A stretch of 64,000 nt of DNA, taken from positions 46,257-110,256 of the IMG/VR virus record IMGVR_UViG_3300043788_000060; one strand, written 5' to 3'. Positions within the stretch are counted from its first letter, which is position 1. Each line of letters opens with the position of its first letter. Under the pieces are notes generated by a model. That model was not told the DNA's origin, did no database searches, and saw only the letters and a program-made list of their open reading frames with translations. This DNA comes from a virus. Shown here piece by piece: positions 7,493 to 16,800 of the stretch. The translations under genes were made by a program, and so were the position numbers.

Positions 7493-7800
7493 AGAAAGTA
7501 TCCGGCCTACTGGCGGTACTGTTCGCCGCAACACTCGTAGCACAAACACCGCTTCCGCCTAAGATTCCGGTGGAAGTTCTCAAACAGTTTTATGCGGCAG
7601 ACGCCGCCCAGCAAAGGGCCCAGCGCGAATTGGATTCAGCGCAGAGAGATATCCAATCAGCAAACGACGGCTGGAAGCAGGCTGTTAGTTCTCTACAAAA
7701 GATTTGTGGAGATAAATTTGCTCTGAAACAGGATACAGTCAACACCGACCCGTATTGTGTGGCCAAACCTGAACCAGAGAAACCATCTGAAAAGAAATAA
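7489..7800 (+). CDS. Exported coiled-coil protein
   Basis: MKKVSGLLAVLFAATLVA-Q; ATGA coupling; one Cys pair. Confidence 0.7.
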   Translation: MKKVSGLLAVLFAATLVAQTPLPPKIPVEVLKQFYAADAAQQRAQRELDSAQRDIQSANDGWKQAVSSLQKICGDKFALKQDTVNTDPYCVAKPEPEKPSEKK

Positions 7801-7805
7801 GCTCG

Positions 7806-7876
7806 GCTCGGCGCTTTATCCTCCTTTCTCGCCGAGTCACCGGGGACGGAATAATTCCTCCTTCCTCCGTCCCCGG
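7806..7876 (+). promoter_or_regulatory. Two tandem hairpins with CCUCCUU (anti-SD) loops
   Basis: Stems 7806-7813/7830-7837 and 7840-7850/7866-7876; both loops contain TCCTCCTT. Confidence 0.55.
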
Positions 7877-7899
7877 AGTTCTTCAATCGAAAGGCTTTT

Positions 7900-8265
7900 A
7901 TGACAAACTGGCGCACTTTCCAACCGGTGTCGAAAGAAGAACACCTGATTCTCATTAACGAAATTCAACTTCTCCGAAAGGAAATTAAAGAACTCATGAG
8001 CACCGTACCTACTGGACTAGCAGCACTTACCCAAGCCGATGCCGATCTCGCGGCAGCAATCACAGCTAACACCACCGAAACCACCGCAGTTGTTGCGGCA
8101 ATTGCAGCACTTAGCGCACAGCTTACTGCGCTGAATAGCGAGGACCCGCAGGTAGCGACTATCGCCGCCGATCTCGAAACCAAAGTTGCTGCCCTGACAG
8201 CGAATACAACCGCGTTGACAGCCGCTATTGCTCCGCCCGCATCGACAACCCCAGCAGCTTCCTAA
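7900..8265 (+). CDS. Ala/Thr-rich coiled-coil protein
   Basis: ORF with heptad pattern; start uncertain (7900 or 7996). Confidence 0.65.
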   Translation: MTNWRTFQPVSKEEHLILINEIQLLRKEIKELMSTVPTGLAALTQADADLAAAITANTTETTAVVAAIAALSAQLTALNSEDPQVATIAADLETKVAALTANTTALTAAIAPPASTTPAAS

Positions 8266-8267
8266 CC

Positions 8268-8393
8268 ATGCGCCGTCTACTGTTTGACCTTTCGCTTCCG
8301 TTCGTTATCTGTTGGGGATTACTTATCTGGTTTATCGCCAACTGCGGAAATGGGGGCGATTGGCAAACATGGATGGAAGACCATCTTTCGTAG
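8268..8393 (+). CDS. 41-aa membrane peptide
   Basis: MRRLLFDLSLPFVICWGLLIWFIANC..., starts 2 nt after the upstream stop. Confidence 0.45.
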   Translation: MRRLLFDLSLPFVICWGLLIWFIANCGNGGDWQTWMEDHLS

Positions 8394-8660
8394 TTTGCGC
8401 GGGGAGCCTAAATACACCGGCCAAGACTCTGAGAGGGCCGGACGCGCAAAGTTTTAATGTCCGAATAATGGACAGCAGGTTGCCTTTCACAGAGGAGTCG
8501 AACCGCTGGTTTACTAGCCCTAATCTGGCGGCAAGGTTACTTTAACAGGTTGTTCCAAGGAGCAGGACTCGCCGCAGACGATCTCTACGGAGGAGCAGTT
8601 TCTGAAGCGCAACCGGGCAACGTCATCGTAATATCCGAAACGAATCGCGACCTGCCCTTT
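8394..8660 (+). ncRNA. Structured RNA candidate(s)
   Basis: Helices 8394-8401/8443-8450, 8417-8422/8436-8441 and closing stem 8475-8483/8647-8655 followed by a U-run; no convincing ORF. Confidence 0.4.
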
Positions 8661-8923
8661 TTACTTCCATGCCAAATCATATCAAAAATCTCGGTATATG
8701 TGCTCTTTGCAGACAAGAGGTATTGTCAGTAATGGACCTAAAGGAGCATGTCATGGGAGATGTTAATAAAAATGGTTTGATTGGCTGGTCCGAAGGGAAA
8801 GATTTATCTCCTCTTTGAAAGCAACTTTGGTGCAGCAAATGTATTGCTCGCATCCACCCACGGATATGTATCTGTCCACATTGCAAAGCCGCCAAACTAT
8901 CCGAATAATGGACTAAGGAACTC

Positions 8924-9394
8924 ATGCCAATCGATCCGCTCGATAGTATCCACATCACCAAAAACTTCCCAGACCACGTCCTCTTAGATATTGCTCGCAA
9001 CGGTTCCGCCCAGCAAGATTACCGGTTACTCGCTGTTGAAATCCTGAACGCCCGCAAGTCTCCCAAACTACAGCATCCGGACATACAATTTCTGGTTCGT
9101 GATTTGGAAATCGAGTTGGAAGGAATTGTGTTTGAGCACCCGGCCCCCTCGGGACCGGGGCCGCTGACTGCTGGTGTGACGACCGCGACTATGTTTGCGG
9201 ACGTGCCGATTCAAAACGAGTTTACGGGGTTTGAGTCCATCGATATGGACTCCTTGCGTGAGGATGGAATTCTTGTAGATGCTGTAACAACGGAGGTCAT
9301 CTCTGACATTCCGCCGACAGAGCCCGAAGCCGTTTCGACCAAGCCGAAGAGAAATCCAAAGCCACCAAAGGATAAACCCGATGCCGCCGAATGA
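8924..9394 (+). CDS. Hypothetical protein
   Basis: SD AAGGA; 156 aa. Confidence 0.7.
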   Translation: MPIDPLDSIHITKNFPDHVLLDIARNGSAQQDYRLLAVEILNARKSPKLQHPDIQFLVRDLEIELEGIVFEHPAPSGPGPLTAGVTTATMFADVPIQNEFTGFESIDMDSLREDGILVDAVTTEVISDIPPTEPEAVSTKPKRNPKPPKDKPDAAE

Positions 9395-10007
9395 TCCCGC
9401 AGTATATGTCGTCCGGCACGGGCGAACTGAACTCAACGCAACCCAAAAATTTAGAGGAAACGCCAATCCCCCTCTTGATAGTGTCGGAATAAAGCAAGCC
9501 CATAAATTAGCCAGCCTGTTCTCAAACATTCCAATCTCCCACATCTTCTGCTCCGATAAACAGCGAGCAACTAAAACAGCCGAAATCATAGCGCAAGCCA
9601 AGGGTGGTCAGATTCACCAGTCCGAAGCCTTACGGGCTCTTAATGTAGGAGAATTCTCCGGCAAACCCCGCAACAAAGAATCCGAAGCAGAACTTCAGCA
9701 GTATCTCGATGACCCTGATTGCTGCATACCCGGTGGAGAGTCGTTAAACGACTTTAGAGCCCGCATCAGACCCTGTCTACTAGAAGCGATAGATATTTAT
9801 CTTGAGTGCGGAGTGCCTCCCATGTTGGTCGCGCATTCCTCGGTGGTTCATGAGGTTTCGAATATCGCAACAGGTAATCATAAAAAGATTCTAGTAGAGC
9901 CCGGCGGAGCAATCGCTGTGTACTGCGATGGCGGAAAAATTACCGCCGAACCAATTTTCAAACCAGTCAAGATTGAGCACGGAACACCCGCTCAGATTAT
10001 CACATAA
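9381..10007 (+). CDS. Histidine phosphatase (phosphoglycerate mutase family)
   Basis: VVRHGRT, SDKQRA..TA, PGGES, LVAHS motifs. Confidence 0.9.
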   Translation: MPPNDPAVYVVRHGRTELNATQKFRGNANPPLDSVGIKQAHKLASLFSNIPISHIFCSDKQRATKTAEIIAQAKGGQIHQSEALRALNVGEFSGKPRNKESEAELQQYLDDPDCCIPGGESLNDFRARIRPCLLEAIDIYLECGVPPMLVAHSSVVHEVSNIATGNHKKILVEPGGAIAVYCDGGKITAEPIFKPVKIEHGTPAQIIT

Positions 10008-10052
10008 TTCACAAACCCGCTCTGCGGGCATAATCAAACAAAGGAAACAATC

Positions 10053-10733
10053 ATGTCCAATCCAGCATCAATAGCGGGTTTCACGGGTTCCGGTACTGTA
10101 CGCAATACGTGGCCCACGCAAACTGTGGCTACCGTCACGGAAACAATTTTACAGATCAACACCGACGGATCGGCGGTAGGAGCCTACATAACGGTGCCTA
10201 CTGGCGGTCAGTATTTGGGTGCCCAAACCAACCTTAACGTAAACGCTAACGCCTCCATTACGGGACGTTCAGGCCGTCATTACGGCCTAGCCGCAGGCGT
10301 ATCAAACGATCAATTCTCTTCTGAATCTTGGAGCGGTCGCCCGTTCTTTGTCCGGGTATCCGGAATAGGTAATGCAGGCGCTAACGCTGCTCAGTCAATT
10401 CAGGTTAACCTATATCAGGGTTCATCGGCAACCGTAGCTTCGAACAAGAAGGTTGGAACGACCGGAACGGGCCTTGCAGCAGTGGCTGGCGGCGCGTTCA
10501 ACTTCTATGTGGAAGCGGAGATGCTGTGGGACCCAACATCGCAGATTTTGTCCGGTTCGTACACAGCAAACATTGCCTTCGGAACTACGTCACAGTTCAC
10601 AACTACGACTGTTTCTCCAAGCGTTGTGGCTTCGGTAACCGCAGCAAACTTGGTGTTCAACGCAACGTTGGTTCTTGGTAACGGTGCGTCGAGCACTATC
10701 ACGGTCAAGGAATTTGTGATCGACCAAATCTAA
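10053..10733 (+). CDS. Beta-rich putative virion protein (decoration/cement-like)
   Basis: SD AAGGA; Ser/Thr/Gly/Ala-rich with few charges; function inferred from composition and position. Confidence 0.55.
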   Translation: MSNPASIAGFTGSGTVRNTWPTQTVATVTETILQINTDGSAVGAYITVPTGGQYLGAQTNLNVNANASITGRSGRHYGLAAGVSNDQFSSESWSGRPFFVRVSGIGNAGANAAQSIQVNLYQGSSATVASNKKVGTTGTGLAAVAGGAFNFYVEAEMLWDPTSQILSGSYTANIAFGTTSQFTTTTVSPSVVASVTAANLVFNATLVLGNGASSTITVKEFVIDQI

Positions 10734-10777
10734 AGTAACCGAGTTTCCGGCCTCGACAAAACCGGATTGTCCGAATA

Positions 10778-11116
10778 ATGGACTACGGAGTCAAAATGTC
10801 AGTTGTTATTAAGATTCTCCATGAACGGGACTGGAACGGAAGAGAGTACGCGGAAGCGGCTATCAGGGACCCCAGACTTACGTCTGACGCGATTTCCGGA
10901 GTCATCGGTTACGTTGTCGCGGCCCTTGTCAAACATCCTTCGGATGGGGCAGTTACCCTTGAAAGGGCTATCGCTGTAACCGCCGATAACTCCGAAGACA
11001 ATGAACTCGCCGAGTCAGTCGTCAAAACCATCGAACGCAAACTGAACGAGGCTTTTCCTGACCCAAATCAACAGGAAGTTCCCGAAGTCTCGCTCTGGGT
11101 ACCCGATGGCAATTGA
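10778..11116 (+). CDS. Hypothetical protein
   Basis: ORF; alternative start at 10796 has SD GGAG. Confidence 0.7.
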   Translation: MDYGVKMSVVIKILHERDWNGREYAEAAIRDPRLTSDAISGVIGYVVAALVKHPSDGAVTLERAIAVTADNSEDNELAESVVKTIERKLNEAFPDPNQQEVPEVSLWVPDGN

Positions 11117-11822
11117 GTCTGATTACGACGTACTTGACTACGAAGCTGGAGCGGACAACGAAGTTCGTGGACAAGAATGTTGTAGCTGCTTTCGACTACT
11201 CCGGTGGGAGTTCTTCGATAGAAATTCTGCCTATAAAAACGGCTACTCTCCGCAATGTAGCTGGTGCAAGCAACAGCCCGTTCTTAGCGTAGCCGAGCAC
11301 ACCGCTCGTTTACGGCAGATGAACTACAACTCCGATGGAACCAAACGTCAGAGGCACATAGATCAAGACGAGTTCCATAAAGAGCGCAAGGGCGAAGTCG
11401 TGGACTTTTCCTTGTTCCTTCAGAAACTCCACCACATCTATCCAAATCTCTATATCACCCCCGGAGCAGTAACCGTAAACGGTAAAATCGCCGATATCTC
11501 ACTGTTCGCCACCAGCGGCGTAGCCAAATCCGAATGGAGAGGCCAAACCGCAAAATACATGGGATACATTACCATAGGCCCCATGCCCGAGTACAACGAG
11601 TACGAGTTCGATTCGAGAGATATTATGCTACGAGCAACTCGGATTGGATGGAGAGATGTCCTTCTTCGGTTTATCAAGAACGGAATTTTGACCGAAGAAC
11701 AATGTAACAGAGAATTTGGACCCCCGTCTGGGTTCGCAGATTCGACCTACTGGTACAAGAAATTGCATCAGTTTAGAAATTCCAAGAAACTCGTAAACAC
11801 ACCTTCCGTTAGTTCGGATTGA
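11106..11822 (+). CDS. Hypothetical protein with N-terminal CxxC..CxxC
   Basis: 238-aa ORF in operon context. Confidence 0.75.
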   Translation: MAIESDYDVLDYEAGADNEVRGQECCSCFRLLRWEFFDRNSAYKNGYSPQCSWCKQQPVLSVAEHTARLRQMNYNSDGTKRQRHIDQDEFHKERKGEVVDFSLFLQKLHHIYPNLYITPGAVTVNGKIADISLFATSGVAKSEWRGQTAKYMGYITIGPMPEYNEYEFDSRDIMLRATRIGWRDVLLRFIKNGILTEEQCNREFGPPSGFADSTYWYKKLHQFRNSKKLVNTPSVSSD

Positions 11823-11836
11823 ACTAGGAGCCCGAA

Positions 11837-12439
11837 ATGTCCATAAAACCCATCAAGCCCAAATCAGATTCACCCGAAGAGCCAGTTTCAGCAAACGTTG
11901 AAATTCCCCCAGTCGTTGAAACTGCTGTAGATACTAGCGCGAAGCCCTTGTCTACCGAGCAGTTGCTTCAGATCATCGTTTCCCTGCAACAGGACAACGC
12001 CAAAGCGAACGCCGCTCTGGCCAACGCTATCTTGGAAACCACCAAGCCCCGCGAAGTTCTCAAGACTAAAGAGCAACTCGCTCGGGAAGCCAACGACAAG
12101 ATTTTCGAAGAGCAAGCCAAAGAAACCAGACGGCGTCAGAGGCAAACCAAGCAAACCGAGCAAGAACAGTGCGACCACATCGCCGGTAGTCTTGGAGAGA
12201 CCCGAGACGTTCACCAACGTACCTCGATTGTCTGGCACCGCACAGACGCTCAAGTGGACATCGGAATTTGCTCAACCTGCCAGCGATTGTTCCACCCCGA
12301 AGACCCGGTCGATGCCCAAGGCCACAACTATTCGTATTGGCGTCGTAAGGGCTCGTTCAACCGCATCTCCGCAGCCGGTGTCCGCCAGTTTATGGACCCG
12401 CTCCGAGCCCAACACGATTCGTTTTTGCGCGACAGCTAA
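11837..12439 (+). CDS. Hypothetical coiled-coil protein with a zinc-binding motif
   Basis: SD AGGAG; CDH..CSTC. Confidence 0.75.
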   Translation: MSIKPIKPKSDSPEEPVSANVEIPPVVETAVDTSAKPLSTEQLLQIIVSLQQDNAKANAALANAILETTKPREVLKTKEQLAREANDKIFEEQAKETRRRQRQTKQTEQEQCDHIAGSLGETRDVHQRTSIVWHRTDAQVDIGICSTCQRLFHPEDPVDAQGHNYSYWRRKGSFNRISAAGVRQFMDPLRAQHDSFLRDS

Positions 12440-12449
12440 CTGAGGATAT

Positions 12450-12863
12450 ATGGAAGAACTTCTTGATTATGAAAGCTGGGTACGCCAGTTCATAGAGAAC
12501 CTGTTCTCCTATTTTGATATTGTTGGATGGGAACTCCGCATTGAATTTGCTAACGCTCCATCGGAAAAACACGGGGGAAATGCCTACGCAAGTATCGATG
12601 TGGAGCCCACCTATCAAATGGCCACCATTACCTGCTTTCCAATCGTAAAAGAAGATTTTGACGAGAAGAAGATAGATGACATGGTCCAACGCCTGACTCA
12701 CGAAGTCGTGCATGTTTTCCTCTCTCCGTTTCAAGAATTTGTAGAACCCCACCTCTCGACAACCACTTCTCCTTATTTCAATAAAATCCTAGAACAGCAG
12801 ACGCAAAAGCTGACGATGGTTTTCTTGAAAACCCTTCCTAAAAATCTAATCCCACCAAGGTAG
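12450..12863 (+). CDS. Small zincin-like (HExxH) protein
   Basis: LTHEVVH motif followed by a Glu-containing helix. Confidence 0.55.
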   Translation: MEELLDYESWVRQFIENLFSYFDIVGWELRIEFANAPSEKHGGNAYASIDVEPTYQMATITCFPIVKEDFDEKKIDDMVQRLTHEVVHVFLSPFQEFVEPHLSTTTSPYFNKILEQQTQKLTMVFLKTLPKNLIPPR

Positions 12864-12864
12864 C

Positions 12865-13581
12865 ATGGCTTCCTCCACGATCCAACTTCAGCGGACGATC
12901 AACCGCTCCTCGCAATACGCCCGCTTGGAGCCACTGACGTTTGTCTCAAATACCGCTAATGACCCGGCGTTTTCAAACGCCGATTGGGTGATGCAGACTA
13001 TTTTGGCTCCCCCGTTTGCGTGGAGATGGAACAGGACCTCGGAAGGAACTCCGTCGGCCCCTGCGTTTGTCACTGAAATCGGCGTAACGGACTATCAAGT
13101 TAATCTCCCAACTTTTGGTTGGCTCGAAAAGGCTACTTTGTACGATCCAACTTCTGGATACGCGGCTCTGGAATTGCAAGTAGAACTGATCAAGGCTATC
13201 GAAACCAACCCTATCCAACCCCAGCGTATCGCAACACAACTTGACGACGGACAAGGAAACATAACGTTCCGATTATTCGGGTCCCCGGATCAGGTCTATA
13301 ATGTTTGTCTGGAATTTCAAAACGCGGCCCAATTATTCACCGATCCAACAAATACGTGGGCTCCTATTCCGGACTACTTATCATACATCTACAACGAAGG
13401 CATGGATTATAAGACGTTTGAATATTTGTCGGACCCCCGTATGCAGACATCTGGACAGTTGTTCTTTCAATCCCTCGCTGCGGCTTCTGAAGGGCTGACG
13501 GAATCTCAGAAAAATCTTTGGCTAAGTGACAAAATGAATACGCTCCGTCAGACTGCATCCGTTCAATCGGGGAGGGCCTAA
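12865..13581 (+). CDS. Head-tail adaptor / tail tubular A-like protein, paralog 1
   Basis: IL.PPFAWRWNR...DY...GWLE...FRL..P...IPDY pattern shared with 26096..27187. Confidence 0.55.
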   Translation: MASSTIQLQRTINRSSQYARLEPLTFVSNTANDPAFSNADWVMQTILAPPFAWRWNRTSEGTPSAPAFVTEIGVTDYQVNLPTFGWLEKATLYDPTSGYAALELQVELIKAIETNPIQPQRIATQLDDGQGNITFRLFGSPDQVYNVCLEFQNAAQLFTDPTNTWAPIPDYLSYIYNEGMDYKTFEYLSDPRMQTSGQLFFQSLAAASEGLTESQKNLWLSDKMNTLRQTASVQSGRA

Positions 13582-13880
13582 TGGGAACAGCAACTACCGG
13601 GTTTCATCGCTTTAGTAACGTCACTGCTCGGGCTCCATACTCAACTACCCAAGAGGTGGTTCCCGGGGCTACTATTTATGTAACTTTGACGACGACCGGA
13701 GCCGGGGCTGTTATTTATTCGGACCCGGGACTGTCTGTAGTTATACCGGGGTCGTTGATTACTGCCGACCCCTCGGGGTGGTACGAATATTATATTCCCC
13801 TGAATTACAACGTGACAGAAACCATTACCTCGGTTTCCGGATTGAATTTTACGATCACGAACATCGTGTCTAACACATAG
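13581..13880 (+). CDS. 99-aa protein paralogous to the N-terminal domain of the giant fibre (no signal peptide)
   Basis: TTGFHR..VVP.A.I.VT.T.TG..A.IYSDP.LS..I....TAD..G.Y.YY.PLNY.VTETIT aligns directly with the fibre N-terminus. Confidence 0.8.
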   Translation: MGTATTGFHRFSNVTARAPYSTTQEVVPGATIYVTLTTTGAGAVIYSDPGLSVVIPGSLITADPSGWYEYYIPLNYNVTETITSVSGLNFTITNIVSNT

Positions 13881-13887
13881 GATTGGA

Positions 13888-16800
13888 ATGAAGAAATTTC
13901 TTCTCATCGTCGCTTTGTTCCTCGCAATCTGTCCATTATCCGGACTGAATGCTCAAGCCACGACCGGCTATCATCGGGTAAATCAGGTGCTGTCCCGAGC
14001 CTCTACCGGGATCAACGCTCAGGTGGTCCCCAACGCCAGAATCACGGTTACCCAAACGGCTACCGGAACTGCGGCAACTATCTATTCCGACCCCCTGTTG
14101 TCCAACCTTATAACTCCGTCTGTAGTCACTGCCGATAACGCAGGGAACTATTCATATTATGTCCCTCTGAACTATTGTGTAACAGAAACAATCACTGCCC
14201 CCGGTCAGGGGACTCAGATAATCCCTAACATCTGTTCAAACAGCGCCAGCAGCAGTACCTTTCCTTCCCCTCCGTCATTTTCTGTACAATTCGCAAACAG
14301 CGGGTCATCGGCTTTTGATAGTGATTCGACTATTAACGTCACTCCCTCTACTCATACCCTTACTTCTCCAACGGTACAACCGGGTCAGGATGTTACCCAG
14401 AGTTCTCCTGTTATAGACATTCGCAACACTGCCTTTGCGGGCGGTGCGGTGATCGACGGCCACACCGATATTAGCCCCGCAGTGTGCGCCGCCCGTGAAA
14501 GTTGGAGCGCCTCACATCCGGGTCAAAGTCAGACAATTTTATTGGCCTGCGGCGGCGGTGGTTCATCCGCTTCTTGCTGGTGGGCTAACCCTTTGGCGAG
14601 TTGTTCTGGAAGCATAGGCAGTGATTTTAAGTACGTCCTGCAAGGCACTCTCAATGTAGGTACCACGTTGTCCGTTGGTGCGGGTGGGGCTTCTATAGGC
14701 GCGTCAGAGTTCGATGGGGAATCGGGAGAGTTTGGAACTCAATTCCAAGGCACTTTGGCGACAGCAGTAGTCAACGGTCCTCTATGTTTTGGTACGCTCG
14801 GCACCGCAATCACAACGATCAACACCCCGGTCACGGTGACGCCGACATTTTCCGGAACGACTATCGGCGGTGCATGTTCGATTGCAAATCTTCCGGTAAA
14901 TTCCGCGCTGACTATGCGCGGCATGGAAACGTCAGCGGCTACGGGTACGCGGTCTTCAACTTCACTCAGCGGAAGCGGTGGGTACGCGGTACTGACCTTA
15001 TCTTCTGCCGTGCGTATTTCGGCGGGGTCGAACATTCAGGTAACTGGCTGCTCAGACACAGCGTTCAATACCGGTACTCTGGGAACGCTGTCACAAAGCG
15101 TAGTCGCCACTCCGGATTATCCCAATCAGCAACTCGGCTATTACATCTCGACATCTGGTACCGGGTCATCAACAGGATGCACGGTGAAGGGGGCCAGTGA
15201 CGACCGTTTTGAGACAGAGCTAGTGCAGTGCTCAAACGGCACGGCTAATCCCGGATACTCCTGCGGCGCGGGACAGATCACTTTCGTAAACGCCCATACA
15301 TACGCATCGACTGACCAGTGGGGCGAAGTGGCGATGGAAAGCCCGTTCAACGACGGGGCCGGTGGAACTGGGTTGGTAATGAAGCGGATTCTAGTCCAAG
15401 GTTCCGCAGGAGCAGAATTCTTCTCCGATGAGTCCATCCATGAGACGTTCGAGGATGATGGGTTTATTGCCTTTGGGACGCCCACTTCGATTCCTTTCGA
15501 GGCAGATTACCCGCAGAACCTCACAGTCCATTCATCGGCTTTTAATTCGGTCAACAATGGGTATAGCACTTGCCAATCCGGTAACTGTGGGAACGTGAGT
15601 TACCCGTTCGGATTTCGCTGTACCATGATCCCGCCCAGTATCAGTTCTTATCAGGCGGGAACGTGTAACAACTCGAAAATTGATACTTACTCTCAGGTTC
15701 GCGGTGGAATCAAAGTCGATACCAACGGATTCTCTCTGAACTTCGGTATTGAGGCAGCAGCCCCGGAACTTGACCGTGTTTTAATCGAGGAGCCTGTATG
15801 GGGTGGAATTACTTTCGATACCCGAGATGGAGTCACAGGCCCGGTTTACATCAAGGATAGCTACTTACAGGATTTCGTTTCTGGGAGCACCGATCAGGCT
15901 TTTATTGCTGCGGAAAATCCGGGGGGCACTGGATATATTTTTGAGAACAATACCTACTCAGAAAATCCTTTTCTCGTCAATAAATATTGGTATAGTCCAG
16001 CAATCAGTGTGCGCGGAAACATCTCTGATCAGCTTTATACTCCGTGGCCTTATCAAGGGATAGGGGCTGTAGGGCTATTTGAGGACAATGGATTTCTCAA
16101 GGGTGAAGTTGAAGCTCCCGCATTTACTGGTTTCGAGAGTTTGCCCTTCGGTTCGCTCGCTGTAAATCAGTCGCCTGCATCTTGGACTTCGGCTTGCAGC
16201 ACGAACTGTACGGTAACAACGGTTCAAGACCCCACAGGCGGTCAGAACGGCGCTAATATCGCCTCAAACTCAACCACTCATCAAACGATCCTGATTAGCA
16301 TACAATCCGTATCCACCTACCCCGGCGATCAGTTTATCTTTATGGATTGGTTGCGTCCCGGTACCGGACAACTCATACCTAATGACTGGCGAGGTAACTA
16401 TCCATTCCAACTCCAAACTTTGGGCACGGATACCTTTCAGAACAACGGATGCGAAAGCGGCATTGGGTCAAATACAGCCTGCGCTACTAATTACGGACTT
16501 CCTATGTTGAACGACGACTGGGCACCTTACGTGGCTACCGCCACTATCGGGACAGGCGAGTCAGCAGCGCACTTCATGGAGTTTAATCTCGAAAGCGGCC
16601 AATGCACGAATGGTTCGATCCTCAACTGCGGAACACAGCATTTCTGCCCGCAGTGGGCTTTTGTACCGGGGCCTAATAACCCCTCCTACACAGGTGTTTC
16701 TACGTTCGACGTGCAAATCGCCCGCATGTACAACTATCACGGTTGTGCGCCGGGCGGGTTACTTGCCGGACAGGTGGCGACTAATCAAACTGTTGTAGCC

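Noticed and set aside
8352-8660. tmRNA, c-di-GMP riboswitch, RNase P or twister ribozyme
   Set aside because: Only short fragments resemble these (GGGGGCGA, GGCAAAC, GGAGCAG, GAGGG). The tRNA-like 3' end, element order and conserved cores are missing.
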